Assembly (NCBI GenBank): GCA_030390025.1
Contig: CM059425.1
Location: forward strand, 168,270,001 to 168,334,000
Direction: 5' to 3'
Origin: Squalus acanthias
Lineage: Eukaryota
Length of the DNA stretch: 64,000 bases
Both the position numbers and the translations under genes were made by a program. The notes under the pieces are model-generated. The model had not been told where the DNA came from, did not search any database, and saw nothing but the letters and a program-made list of their open reading frames with translations. Shown here one piece after another: positions 49,637-62,900 of this stretch; position 1 is the stretch's first letter, and each line of letters opens with the position of its first letter.

Positions 49637-51908
49637 TTGGACTCCTAAATTTAATCAGAATGTAGGCTGGGGAAAGAACATGTCAGTTTCCGGGAAACCA
49701 GAGATAGCATATGTTGTGTGTTTTCAACATTTTCTGTTTTTATTTTTGAAGATGTTTAAATACTACTAGAAGGCTCAACAGTGCCAACCTAGTTTTAAAG
49801 TCTGAATAAAAAAGTTGGGTTGAATCCTGAGGCACACAAGATGGGCTTCAGGGGATGTATCTCCTTGTCACTTATTTTTTTGTAAAAACTATTACAATTT
49901 TCCAAAATAATTGACACTCCTGCTGGAGATGAAGCAAAATTCTGCTTGTACCCTCTAGCCGTCGCATTTTTCACAGTTTAATCCAGGAAATGTCAAATCT
50001 GTTTAAGATTCTAAGATGGATAAAAACAGCAATTATTCAAAGCGAGGTTTGGCAAAAAAATATTAGGCAGTAAATCTTGTTTCAACAATATCCAATTACT
50101 TTATTATGCAAAAAGTCTGGTGGCTGGGAATAATTCGTAATCAGAGTGATGGACAGCAGAGTGAAAACAGGTTCCTGCGCCTGTTTGCACCAGCCGTGAA
50201 AATTTCATGCATAATTGCTGGGCAGTTGGTGGGCAATTAGTCCAACTCGGCACCAGCAATGAGGATTTCACAATCGCAGCGGATGATGAGTCGGAACTTG
50301 ACAGATCACAAGTTCGGGATTTAGCGCATGCATGCGGAAATCCCGAACTTGCAGTCACTTTCAAAGGTGGTATGACGGCGTACTCTCAGACTACGCCATC
50401 ATACCAACAGCAAAGGCTGCCCCATTATTTCTGTATGAACTGCACGCATAGAATTATGAATGCCAATCTGTTAAACAAACAAATTAGACATATGCTAGTT
50501 CATCTGTCATAATATTAGTAACATTTTATTTTTCAAATTATTTATACGGTGTGATTTTATGTTCATCAAGGTGAAGAATGTCTTTTGGAATATTTTTTCA
50601 TTTTTGGAACACTCACATTTCCAAGCCATACATAGCACTGAGTAAAGCTTTACTTATTCTGTCTGAAAAGCTTTACCTTAAGCCAACCCTCCACCAGTGA
50701 CATTTTGATTTCCCACACAATGCAGTCCACAAGAATGAACTTGCACTTATATAATGCCGTATCTCATCCTCATAACATCCCAAAGCAGCCATCGAATTAA
50801 CCTTTGAAGGTCTTTAGGTAAATGCAGTACACAATGTACACACAGCAAAGCTCCCGAGGGATCTTGTACATCCACTTGAGCAGGTAGATAGGGCCTTGTT
50901 TTAACAAGTCATCCAAAAATTTTGGCCCATATTTTCCGACCCCCACGCATGCCCAAGAAAAGTGCCTCTGCGGGTGGAGAGTTGCGATATTTGCTCAACT
51001 TCCGTCCACTGAAAGGCCATAGAATTCTTATGCCTGGTAAAGGCCTGCTTTTACGAGCATAAGAGTTTAAAAAAATAGAAAAATAAGATTTTATCACTCA
51101 TTTATAAATTAAAAACCTGTCCAATAAGGTAAGTTTTTATTAAGCCCCATTAAAACATATAAAAAAAATTAAAAAATTTAATGTTTGTTTAACATATTTA
51201 ATTAAATGCCCTGCACTGGCTATGTAAGTGCTCCCATTGCTGCAATTTGGGATGGGGTCAGCAACTACAGGAATGGGAGGAGAGGGATTCTGCTCCACTG
51301 CATTTGCACATCAGAATGGGCCCTAGGAATGTCAGGGCATATTGTTACAGCCCTGGAGTGGGGCTTGAATTCATAATCGTCTGATTCAGAGACAAGAATG
51401 CAACCAACTGAGCCAAGATCATGCTTAGCTTTGGGTTATCTGAGTCATATTGTTAATTAGTGCCACATTATGGATAGTTTTTGTACTGTGGACTTTTGCT
51501 CAGTAACAACTAGACTAAAACTGCCAAAGTTAATTTCACTTAAAATCCGTGCAACTGAGTAAGAGAGAGAAGAATTCCATCTTCAATTTGCCTTGAATTT
51601 GAACTCAAGTGTATAGAGGTGAAGGGAATGTGTGCAATGTTCAACCCAGCACATTTCATATAAAGAACATAAGTTATACTTGTATTTCTAATTTTTTTGC
51701 ATTTTGTGACCGCCTTGTGACGTATTACTGCATTAAAGAAGCTCAGCTAGAAATTCATTTGCCCCTGAAAACGGGCGTGGGGATTGCGATGCAGGATCAA
51801 CCCATGTCCATTCAAAGTAATGATGTGGAGATGCCGGCGTTGGACTGGGGTGGACAAAAATGAGAAGTCGCACAACACCAGGTTATAGTCCAACAGATTT
51901 ATTTAATT

Positions 51909-51946
51909 TTACAAGCTTTCGGAGCTGTCGCTCCTTCGTCAGGTAA
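51909..51946 (-). ncRNA. Minimal hammerhead ribozyme, apparently intact
   Basis: Minus strand TTAC-CTGACGA-A-GGAGC(GACA)GCTCC-GAAAGCTT-GTAA: stem I TTAC/GTAA, 5-bp stem II, palindromic stem III AAGCTT. Confidence 0.8.
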
Positions 51947-52087
51947 GTTAGCAATGAGAGAATCTCCCAGAATTCACAATTTAAACCCAGACAAAATCTT
52001 GGCTGTGCTCTTTGTTGTAGCGAATAATGTGAATAGATTTTGTCTGGGTTTAAATTGTGAATTCTGGGAGATTCTCTCATTGCTAAC

Positions 52088-52125
52088 CTCCCTGACGAAG
52101 GAGCGACAGCTCCGAAAGCTTGTAA
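52088..52125 (+). ncRNA. Second hammerhead core in the other arm; stem I mismatched
   Basis: CTCC-CTGACGA-A-GGAGC(GACA)GCTCC-GAAAGCTT-GTAA. Confidence 0.68.
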
Positions 52126-52544
52126 AATTAAATAAATCTGTTGGACTATAACCTGGTGTTGTGCGACTTCTCATTTTTATTCAAAGTAATGTAGGCAGCA
52201 CGCTAACTTCATGCTGTCTGCTGATTAACATGATTGTTGCGTGCAGCCCAGTGCTGAACGCACTGTTGAGTGGCTGAACGCTCAGCAGGGGGCCCCATGT
52301 TCCAGCGCAATGGCTAGCACCGTAAGTTAAAAGCTAGCCTGCACTTTCTTAAAGGCAGTCTGCATCTCTTAAAGGAGAGGTGCATTCTGCCTGTAGTAGG
52401 TGATTCAACTGGCTGGGAAAAAGTACTACTGATGTCACAACAGGGAAGAGAGCATGCTCCAAGGTTCTCCGATGCAGGAGGTCAACAGGAGAAGAGAGGA
52501 TCAGTTTCCACAAGGGGCCAGGAGTCCCTCAAGGCAAATGCATC

Positions 52545-54870
52545 TATACTATTCACTTCAACCACTCCCTGTGGTAGTGAGTTCCACATTCTCCCCACTC
52601 TCTGGGTAAAGAAGTTCCTTCTGAATTCCCTATTTGATTACTTGGTGACTATCTTATATTGATGGCCTCTAGTTTTGCTCTTCCCCACAAGTGGAAACAA
52701 GTGGAAACACTCTCTCTGTATCTACTCTATCAAAACTTTTCATAATTTTATAGACCTCTATTAGGTCACTCCCCAGCCTTCTCTTTTCAAGAGAAAAGAG
52801 ACCCAGCCTGTTCATCCTTTCCTGATGGGTATAACCTCACATTTCTGGTATCATCCTTGTAAATCTTTTTTGCACCCACTCCAGTGCCTCTACATCCTTT
52901 TTATAATATGGCGACCAGAATTGTACACAGTACTCCAAGTGTGGTCTAACCAAGGTCTGATACAAGTTTAGCATAACTTCTCTACTTTTCAATTCTATTC
53001 CTCAAGAAATAAACCCTAGTGCCTGGTTTTCATTTTTTATGGCCTGATCAACCTGCGTCACTACTTTTAGTGATTTATGTATTTGTACTCCGAGATCCCT
53101 TTGTTCTTCTACCCCATTTAGATTCTTATTTTCCAAGTAATATGTGACCTCCTTATTTTTCATACCAAAATGTAAAACCTCACATTTATCTGTGTTGAAA
53201 TTCATTTGCCAATTATATGCCCATTCTGCAAGTTTATTAATGTCTTCTTGTAATTTGTTGCAGTCCTCCTCAGTATTAACTATCCCCCGCAATTTGGTGT
53301 CATCCACAAATTTAGAAATTGTGTTTTTGATTCCAAAGTCTAAATTGTTAATATAAATTGTGAACAACAGTGGTCCCAGCACTGATCATTGTGGAACACC
53401 ACTTTACACCTTCTGCCACTCTGAATAGCTAACCTTTACCTCTACTCTCTGCTTTCTGTCTTGAAGCCAGCTAGCTATCTATTCTGCTACATTTTCCCTG
53501 ACTCTGCATTCTCTGACCTTATTCATTAGTCTATTTTGTGGAACCTTATCAAAGGCCTTTTGGAAATCTAGATAAATTACTACTACTACATTACCCTTGT
53601 CTACTCTCTCTGTAAACTCTTCAAAGAATTCAATGAGGTTGGTCAAGCAAGACTTTTCCTTTTGAAATCCATGCTGACTATTCATTATTATATTTTTGGT
53701 TTCCAGATGTTCTTCTATTTTCTCCTTTAGTAGGGTTTCCATTATTTTTCCTACCACCGATGTTAAGCTGACCGGTCTATCTTCCTTCTTAAATATAGGT
53801 ATTACGTTAGCTATCCACCAGTCCTCTGGCATAACATCTTTTTCTAACAAATTATTAAATATGTGTAGTAATGCCTCTGCTCTCTCTTCCCTAGATTCTT
53901 TTAAAATGCGTGGATGCAATCCATCCGGACCTGGGGTTTTATCCTCTTTGGGCTGGATTTTACTTACTGAGACGAGTTGGGGACGGGACTGCTGCCTTCC
54001 GGGTTCTAGTCCCGCCCCCAGCGACGTCTGACGAACAGACGCTATTTTGCCCTGACTGGCCTTGTTAAGCCCGCCCTGCGGGCTTGCCGGTGTCAGATGA
54101 TGTCAGTTGATGACACTTCATCTGCCGGTTTTCTTAAAGGCATATGCACCACACTTGTTTGACAGATGATTTGACAGTGTTTGACAGCATTGAGGTGCTG
54201 TCAAACACTGACAATCACTGTACACAGGTGAACCCTTGCACCCAAGCTCTCCCATTACTCTCTCCTTAGGATAAAAGAGATGGCAGCTACAGCTGAGATT
54301 GCAGAAGCCATCTGTCACTTCTCCTGATTAGATGAGGCTGCACAAACACTTCACAGCTTGTCACCTGCAGAAACATCTAAACACATTAAAAATTACTTTC
54401 ATAACATTTCCTTACCTCTGATACTAACCATTGTCACTTTGCATCCTTCACACCACTTCTGCAGTTGTCATCCAAACACCAACATAACAACAGACCCCCA
54501 GCACACCTCACTTACCCTGGCGGGGTTCCCTGATGTCGGGAAGCCCGCAGCAGCAGTCAAAAAATTGGGAAAAGCCTCTTAACTGCGTGTTAACTACCTG
54601 TTAACAGGCAGTTAAGTGGCTATAATCCTCTTCCCGCCGCTAGGAGTCGGGTCCCTACGCAAATCAGGGACCCGACTCCCGGGAAGATTGTATGGAGGGG
54701 GGTTGTGAGTGGGTTCGGGACCCGCTCCCATTCTTTTTGACTTTCCCAGCAGTCCTGCCTCCAAACCTGCCTCCTCAGGGCTGGTAAAATCCAGCCCTTT
54801 GAGTTTGATTAGTTTATTTAATATGTTTCCTCTTTTCATTTTATTTAAAATTTCTCTTCTTTTTATCTTT
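52545..54870 (-). mobile_element. CR1 ORF2 fragment interrupted by a MITE
   Basis: MHPRILKE, QHGF, YLDFQKAFD and KFVDDTK. Confidence 0.88.
53950..54797. mobile_element. Harbinger-type MITE with perfect 14-bp TIR and TTT TSD
   Basis: GGGCTGGATTTTAC / GTAAAATCCAGCCC; TTT at 53947-53949 and 54798-54800. Confidence 0.88.
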
Positions 54871-55842
54871 TACCTCCATGCAATGGCAGGCCTGCCATAA
54901 AGCCTGTGTGCAATGCCAAGGAGCATGGAGGAGTCCGGCATCAACCTAGCACGGGGCTTTGCGCAGAGCTTGGAGCCCATGATTTCCAGGATGTAAGTGG
55001 TGGGCAACTCCATTAGCGCAATTGTGGACCCAACCATGATGCCGATGTCTCAGCTCCCATTGCAGCACAAGCAGAAGCCACCCAACATCTGAGTGCTGCA
55101 GTGGAATCTCAGACTTCTGTCATGTAAGCTCAAACTGCTCTCATGAAAGCTCAGACTGCTGCCATCGTGGCTGTGTTTACTAGTGTGGAAAGGGGCTTGC
55201 AGGGTGTCACAGCAGTCCAGCAATCTGTCCTCCAACAGATTACTAGGATTGCTGAGGTGCCGCCCCATGGGAGTGGCAGTGCCTCTGTGGAGCACGAACT
55301 TGCTGTCCTCTCTCAGGATGACAGCATTCGTCCTCCCACCACTGCCACTCCGCCAGAGCCTGTCAGCCAGCCAGCCCAGACTGCTGCCGCCCATGCTGAG
55401 GTGGTGCAGTCTAAAGTCAGACCTTCTAGGCCCAGAGCTGCTCGAAGTCACCCTTCAAGGTCATCTGTAGTCTCCCCCACTGACAGTCAGCAGCCTTCCA
55501 CCAGCCATGCTGCAGCCACTGGGGTAGCACTGTGTAGGAGCACTAGGACAGGCAAAGGCAGATGGAAGACAGGTACTAAGGGAATGCACAAGGGTGATTA
55601 GTTGACTTTGTTATGTAATATTGGATTGATTGATTTATAAATTTGGTTTGGAATGTTTCTTTTGTGGTGGCTTTCATTTCAGTATTGTGGCCAAGAGGAC
55701 GCTGTGATGGTCCAGAACAGAGTGATGGTAAGGTGTGTGACTGTTGTACAATGGGGATTTGGGGTGGTGTTCAATGGAACAGTAGTCGAATCAGGTTGGT
55801 TGCCTCCTCCCTTCCTTCTGCTCCTCCACTTCCGTTTCCTCC

Positions 55843-55875
<33 letters not shown>

Positions 55876-57041
55876 CCCTTCTCCTCCTCCTTCTGCAAGC
55901 AGCTTGTCCTCTTCTTTGCTGCCTCTGCTCCATCTCCCTGTCATGCAGCAGGCCAAGGGGGATGGCAACAACAGCACCCATGACTGGGAGCAAATGGTCT
56001 GACCAGAACCCTTGCAGTCAGAAGCAAGGCCTTCTCCACTTGCAGCACCACTCCCTGTCACCTCACCAACGTTAAACAACTCTGGAAAGCACCAAACACT
56101 TATAGAATCATAGAATCATGGAATGGTTACAGCACGGAAGAAGGCCATTCGGCCCGTTGAGCCTGTGCCGGCTCTCTGCAAGAGCACTTCAGCTAGTCTC
56201 ACTCCCCCGCCCTTTCCCCCTAGCCAATTCCCTTTTGAAAGCCGTGATTGAATCTGCCTCCACCACCTTTTCAGGCAGTGCATTCCAGATCCTAACCACT
56301 CACTGCGTAAAAAAGATTTTTCTTATGTCGCCTTTGGTTCTTTTGCCAATCACCTTAAATCTCTGTCCTCTGGTTCTTGACCCTTCTGCCAATGGGAACA
56401 GTTTCTCTCTATCTACTCTGTCCAGACCCCTCATGATTTTGAACACTTCTATCAAATCTCCTCTCAATATTCTCTGCTCTAAGGAGAACAACTCCAGCTT
56501 CTCCAGTCTATCTTCGTAACTGAAGTCCCTCATCCCTGGAATAATTCTTGTAAATCTTTTCTGCACCTTCTCTAAGGCCTTCACATCCTTCCTAAAGTGC
56601 GGTGCCCAGAATTGGGCACAATACTCCAGTTGGGGCCAAAACCAGTGCTTTTTACAGGTTCATCATAATTTCCATGCTTTTGTACTCTTTACCTCTATTC
56701 ATGAAGCCCAGGATCCCGTAAGCTTTTTTAACTGCTTTCTCAACCTGCCCTGCCACCTTCAACGATTTGTGCACATATACCCCTAGGTCTCTCTGTTCAT
56801 GCACCCCCTTTAGAATTGTACCCTTTAGTTTATATTTCCTCTCCTCATTATTTCTACCAAAATGTATCACTTCACACTTTTCTGCATTAAATTTCATCTG
56901 CCACGTGTCTGCTCATTCCACCAGCCTGTCTATGTCCTCTTGAAGGCTATCACTATCCTCCTCACTGTTCACTGCACTTCCAAGTTTTGTGTCATCTGCA
57001 AATTTTGAAATTGTGCCCTGTACACCCAAGTCCAAGTCATT

Positions 57042-57814
57042 GGGCCGTATTTTGTGACCCCTACGGGTGCGTATGAGGTGTGTACGTGCCCCGTAGGGGC
57101 CGCGCAAGTTCCGGGTTTAGGCATGCGAAGCACACGTGCTAAAACCCGGCACTTGCGATCTGTCAAGAATCTTCTTAACAGATCTTTGGCACCCCCGGGA
57201 GATGGGCCTCTGCGGGTGGAGAGTTGCGCTATTTGCCCAACTTCCGCTTGCTGAAAGGCCATGGAATTCTTATGCCTGGTAAAAGCAGTCATAAGGCCTG
57301 CTTTTACCAGCATAAGTTTTTAAAAAATAGAAAAATAAAATTTTATCACTCGCTTTTACATTAAAAACACTGTCCAATAAGGTAAGTTTATTTTTAGCCC
57401 CATTAAAACATATTTAAAAAAAATTCAAAAAATTAAATTTTTGTTTAAAATATTTAATTAAATGCAATTTTAATTAATTTTATATATGTAAGTTTTTATT
57501 TATTTATTTATTTCATGTGTTCGTGTATTTTTTAAGTCATCCCCATTCATACTTATGACAGTTCCGTATGTACGGAACTGACAAGAGTATGAAGGGGGAT
57601 TCCCTTCTTTCATTGGTTGGGCTGGCCCACGTGATCCCAGGGGCACTGGCGAACCGCATGCATCCCTGGGATACATGGGCCTCTACGCATTTCTACCAGG
57701 AGAGGCCGAGGATTGCAAGTCTCCGTATCTCCCGGACAACCAGGTAAATGCGCAGAAAATTTGATGATCGGAGGCATCTGCCTGCAGGAAACCTCCGATC
57801 GCAAATTGAGGCCC
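57042..57814. mobile_element. Harbinger-type MITE with ATT TSD
   Basis: GGGCCGTATTT...AAATTGAGGCCC; ATT at 57039-57041 and 57815-57817. Removing it restores the CR1 INDLD codons. A partial copy lies at ~50915-51210. Confidence 0.85.
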
Positions 57815-59375
57815 ATTAATAAATATCAAGAAAAGCAGTGGTCCTAGTACCGACCCCTGGGGAACACCACTGTATACCTTCCTCCAGTCCGAAAAACAAC
57901 CGTTCACCACTATTCTCTGTTTCCTGTTACTTAGCCAATTTCATATCCATGCTGCCACTGTCCCTTTTATTCCATGGGCTTCAACTTTGCTGACTAGCCT
58001 ATTATGTGGCACTTTGTCGAAAGCCTTTTGGAAATCCATGCACAGCACGTCAACCACTTTGCCCTCATCAACCCTCTGTTACCTCATCAAAAAACTCGAG
58101 CAAGTTGGTTAAACACGATTTGCCTTTAACAAATCCGTGCTGGTTTTCCTTAATTAATCCACACTTGTCCAAATGATCGATCATTTTGTCCCTGATTATT
58201 GTTTCTAAAAGCTTCCCCACTACCGAGGTTAAACTGACCGGCATATACTTGGTGGGTTTATCTTTTCACCCTTTTTTGAACGAAGGTGTAACATTTGCAA
58301 TTCTCCAGTCCTCTGGCACCACCTCCCGTTTCTAAGGAGGATCAGAAGATTATGGCCAGTACCTCCGCAATTTCTTCCTTCACTTCCCTCAGCATCCTAA
58401 GATGCATCCCATCCGGTCCTGGTGACTTATCTACTTTGAGTACAGCCAGCCTTTCCAGTACCTTGTCTTTATCAATTCTTATCCCATCCAGTATCTCCTC
58501 TACCTCCTCCTTCACTATGTCTATGGCAGCATCCTCTTCCTTGGTGAAGACAGATGCAAAGTACTCATTTAGTACCTCAGCCATACCCTCTGCCTCCATG
58601 CGTAGGTCTCCTTTTTGGTCCCTAATTAGCACCACCAGTCCCCCGGCCCCCACCTTACTACCCGTTTACTATTTATATGCCTATAGAAGACCTTTGGATT
58701 ACCTTTTATGTTAGCTGCCGTTCTATTCTCATACCCTCTCTTTGCCCCTCTTATTTACTTTTCACTTCTCCTCTGAACTTTCTATATTTATCCTGATTCT
58801 CAGATGTATTCTCGACCTGATATCTGTCATACGCACTCTTTTTCTGCTTCATCTTACTCTCTATCTCTTTCATCATCCAAGGAGCTCTGACTTTAGTTGC
58901 CATACCTTTCCCCCTCGTGGGAATGTACCTCAACTGTACCTGAACTTTTTCCTCTTTAAAGGCAGCCCATTGTTCCACTACAGTTTTGCCTGCCAATCTT
59001 TGATTCCAATTTACCCAGGCCAGACCCATTCTCATCCCACTGAAATTTGCCTTCCACCAATTAAGTATTTTTACTCTAAATTGCTCCCTGTCCTTTTTGC
59101 ATAGCTAATCTAAACCTTATGATACTATGATCACTGTTCCCTAAATGTTCACCTACTGACACTTGCTCCACTTGACCTACTTCATTCCCCAGAACCAGAT
59201 CCAGCAATGCCTCTTTCCTCATTGGGCCGGAAACATACTGATCAAGAAAGTTCTCCTGAATGCACTTCAGAAATTCTTCCCCCTCCCTGCCCTTTACACT
59301 ATTACTATCCCAGTCTATATTAGGATAGTTGAAGTCCCCCATTATCACTACTCTACAGTTATCATAGAGTCACTG

Positions 59376-59957
59376 GGGGAAAAATTCGGTTGCTTTGCAC
59401 CTCCCGTTAGCGCCCTAAGAGGGAGCTAATGGGGCGCAAAGCAACTAGCGCCTGGGCGTGGCGATGTTTGCGCCACTCGCAAAATTGACCAGACATTTTG
59501 AGGCGGCGCCAAACACTACTGCCATGATCTCCTGCGCCCGCAGATCATGACATCAGTCGAGCGTGCAACACCCCGATAGCGCCCCGGACCGGATATTGAG
59601 TGGCGCCCCCTGCCTTACCGCCTGCCGTTAGCAACGACAGGTTGAGGGGAGCGTTTTGCAGTCGGGAAGGGACTGAGGGAGCGCTATTTAAAGGAGACTG
59701 CTTCCTGCCTTTTTTTGTCGGCGACATTTTTGCACCACGCATTCTGAGAGAGAGAGAGAGACTTCTGGAGAGATTCAACGCTGTGTGAAGGAGTTTTGGG
59801 TACTGAGCAGCACTTTACAGGTTCATTTTGATTTGACCTTCCTTGCATCAATTTAGAAGAGACTGTGGGGGCTGCACTCTGAGCTCATTCCCCGGGGCCT
59901 CTCCATTGTTCTTTCCAGCAGATTTGATGTACAGGGGGCGCGACTCAATTTTTCCCC
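59376..59957. mobile_element. Non-autonomous Harbinger with CTG TSD (shorter relative of 4802-5694)
   Basis: GGGGAAAAATT / AATTTTTCCCC; CTG at 59373-59375 and 59958-59960. Confidence 0.8.
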
Positions 59958-62900
59958 CTGCGTGTCTCCGCTTCCACCACTTCCGTTGGCAGCGAATTCC
60001 AGGTCCTCACCACTCGCTGTGTAACAAAGTTTTCCCTCATGTCCTCCCTGTATCTCTTGCCCAAAACCTTAAATCTGTGTCCCCTAGTCCTTGTACCATC
60101 AACTAGTGGGAACAGCCTTTCCCCGTCTAGCCTATCCAAACCCGTCATAATCTTGTACACCTCTAGCAAATCACCCCTCAACCTCCTTTGCTCTAATGAA
60201 AATAAATCCAGCTTCTCCAACATGTCCTTGTAGCTAAGATCCCCCATCCCCGGAACCATTCTGGTAAATCTCCTCTGCACCCTCTCAAGGGCCTTCACAT
60301 TCTTCCTAAAATGTGGTGACCAGAACTGGACGCAATACTCCAGTTGTGGCCTAACCAGCACTTTATAAAGGTTCAGCATAACTTCTCTACTTTTGCACTC
60401 AATACCTCTATTTATGAAGCCCAATATCCCATATGCTTTGCTAACCACTATCTCAATATGTCCCGCGACCTTCAGGGACCTATGCACATTAACTCCCAGG
60501 TCCCTCTGTCCCTGTACACTCTTTAAAACTGTGCGATTAAGTGTATATTGCCTCTCCCTGTTCCTTCTGCCAAAATGCATCTTGCATTCTCTGTAATTTC
60601 CCTGCAAATTTGCTCCTCCATATTTTTTCCACTAGTTGGTGGCCTATAGAATACACCTAGTAGTGTAATGGCACCTCTATTGTTTCTTTACTCTAGCCAT
60701 ATAGATTCTGTCCTTGACCCCTCCAGGACATCCTCTCTCTCCAGCACTGTTACATTCTCCTTAACCAATACTGCCACACCACCTCCGATCTTTCCTTCCC
60801 TATCTTTCCTGAACACCTTATATCCAGGAATATTTAATCCCCAATCCTGCCCTTTTTTGAGCCAGGTCTCCGTCATTGCCACGACATCATATTCCCATGT
60901 GGGTATTTGCATCTGCAGCTCACCAACCTTGTTTACTATGCTTCGTGCGTTCACATACATACACTGTGAACCTATCTTAGACCATCCTGTGTTCTCTCTT
61001 AGTCTGACCCCAGCTAACATAGAAACATAGAAACATAGAAAATAGGTACAGGAGTAGACCATTCGGTCCTTCGAGCCTGCACCGCCATTCAATGCGTTCA
61101 TGGCTGAACATGCTACCTCAGTACCCCATTCCTGCTTTCTCGCCATACCCCTTGATCCCCTTAGTTGTGAGTGTTATATCTAACTCCCTTTTGAATATAT
61201 TTAGCGAACTGGCCTCAACAACCTTCTTGCTTTAGTGCTATCTGTCTCTCCCAATCCTTTGTGCCCTTTGTTTCTCCTTTCTAATGCTACATCCTGGTAC
61301 CCATCCCCCTGCCAACTTAATTTAAAGCCTCCCCAACAGCACTAGCAAATCTCCCCGCAAGGATATTGGTAACGGCTCTGTTGAGGTGCAACCTGTCCGG
61401 CCTGTACAGGTCCCACCTCCCCCAGAATCGGCCACAGTGCCCCAGAAATCTGAAGCCCTCCCCCCTGCACCATCTCTCTCCAGCCACGCATTCATCTGCT
61501 CTATCCTCCTATTTCTATACTCACTCGCACGTGGCACTGGGAGTAATCCAGAGTTTACTACCTTTGAGGTCCTGCTTTTTAATCTCTTTCCTAGCTCCCT
61601 AAAATCTGCCTGCAGGGCCTCATCCCTTTTTCTGCCTATGTTGTTGGCACCAATATAGACCAAGACCTCTGGCTGTTCACCCTCCCCCCTCAGAATGTTC
61701 TGCAGCCGCTCCGTGACGTCCTTAACCCTGGCACCAGGGAGACAACATACCATCCTGGAGTTACGTCTGCGGCCGCAGAAACACCTGTCTGCTCCCCTAA
61801 CTATCGAATCTCCTACCACTATTGCTTGCCCTGTCTTCCTCCTCCCCCCACCCCCGTACAACTGAGACACCTGTGGTGCCGCGGACTTGGCTCTGGCTGT
61901 ACTCCCCAGAGGAACCACCGCCCTCACCAGTACTCAGAACAGAATACTGGTTGGAGAGCGAGATGCACTCAGGGGACTCTGCACTACCTGCCTGGTCCTC
62001 CTCTTCTGTCTGGCAGTCACCCATTCCCTGTCTGCCTGCGTACTCCTTAGTTGCGGGGTGACCACCTCCTGAAACATGCTATCCACGTAGCTCTCAGCCT
62101 CGCGGATGCACCGCAGTGACGCCAGCTGCTGCTCAAGCTCAGAAACCCGGAGCTCGAGCTCCTCCAGCTGACGACACCTCCTGCACACGTGGTTGTCCAG
62201 GACATGGGAAGCGTCCTGGAGTTCCCACATGGCACAGGATGTGCATTCCGCTGGACCGAACTGCCCTGCCATGCCTTTATTTAGTTGACTATTAATTAAC
62301 TTTTTTAAAGTAACTTAACAGAAATAAACTTAAGGCTTAAAAACAACAATCACCAACTACTCACCAATCAGCTCCTTCACTTGTGCTGATGTCATTTACC
62401 TCGCTCTCTGACACTTGTGCTCACTCCGGGCTCTTGGGCCTACCTTTATCTGCGGCTGCTCCTCTCGCTGTCCCGCAGGTCTGCTCTCATGTCTATTAAC
62501 TTAGAGACCTTGGGATCTGTGGCTCCACTCCTCCTTTTCAGTCAGACGTCTCCACCGCCATCCTCCTCTCCACCAATTCCTGCACTCACCAAATTCCTCC
62601 ACTCTGCTTGCAATTCGCTCTATTTGCAAATCTCCCAGCTCTGTCTCCAAGCTCTGTGCTCAAGCTTACACAGAACCAGTAGAAATTAATCAGCAACTAA
62701 CCTGAGAGTGGTTGCTGATCCCTTTAAATATCACTGGTGGGGCTCCTTCCTGCTGCTGAACTCATGCGAGGTGAAGATAGGGCGTTAGCTCCAGCGTTGA
62801 GGACGAAAATGGCAGTGCTGGCGTCAAATCAGCGTTGCACACAGATTGACATCACGATCTGCCTACTCTACATACTTCCGGCACACGGTCCTAACACCTA

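Larger units (their letters stand above)
51823..52178. mobile_element. Short Penelope-like insertion made of a 144-bp inverted repeat, with 13-bp TSD
   Basis: Arms 51856-51999 and 52035-52178 are near-perfect reverse complements. ATTCAAAGTAATG is duplicated at 51810-51822 and 52179-52191. Confidence 0.88.
56100..62400 (-). mobile_element. Near full-length decayed CR1 (ORF1 62272-61322; ORF2 ~61000-56200) with nested CR1 pieces and MITEs
   Basis: ORF1 CxxC..CxxC and VGDSIVR/CLPGARVKD; ORF2 YVNARSI, MGDFNYP, KSPGPD and FADDTK; tail at 56100. Nested CR1 3' pieces at 59960-60600 and 61015-61220. Confidence 0.88.

Noticed and set aside
51883..52174. Mirror-image 65-aa ORFs on both strands
   Set aside because: They are a by-product of the inverted repeat and carry no protein motif.
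55790..55900. Poly-Pro/Arg/Gly ORFs (also at 48920-49000 and 39400-39475)
   Set aside because: These are the antisense strand of the Glu-rich (GAG)n tails of Harbinger transposases.
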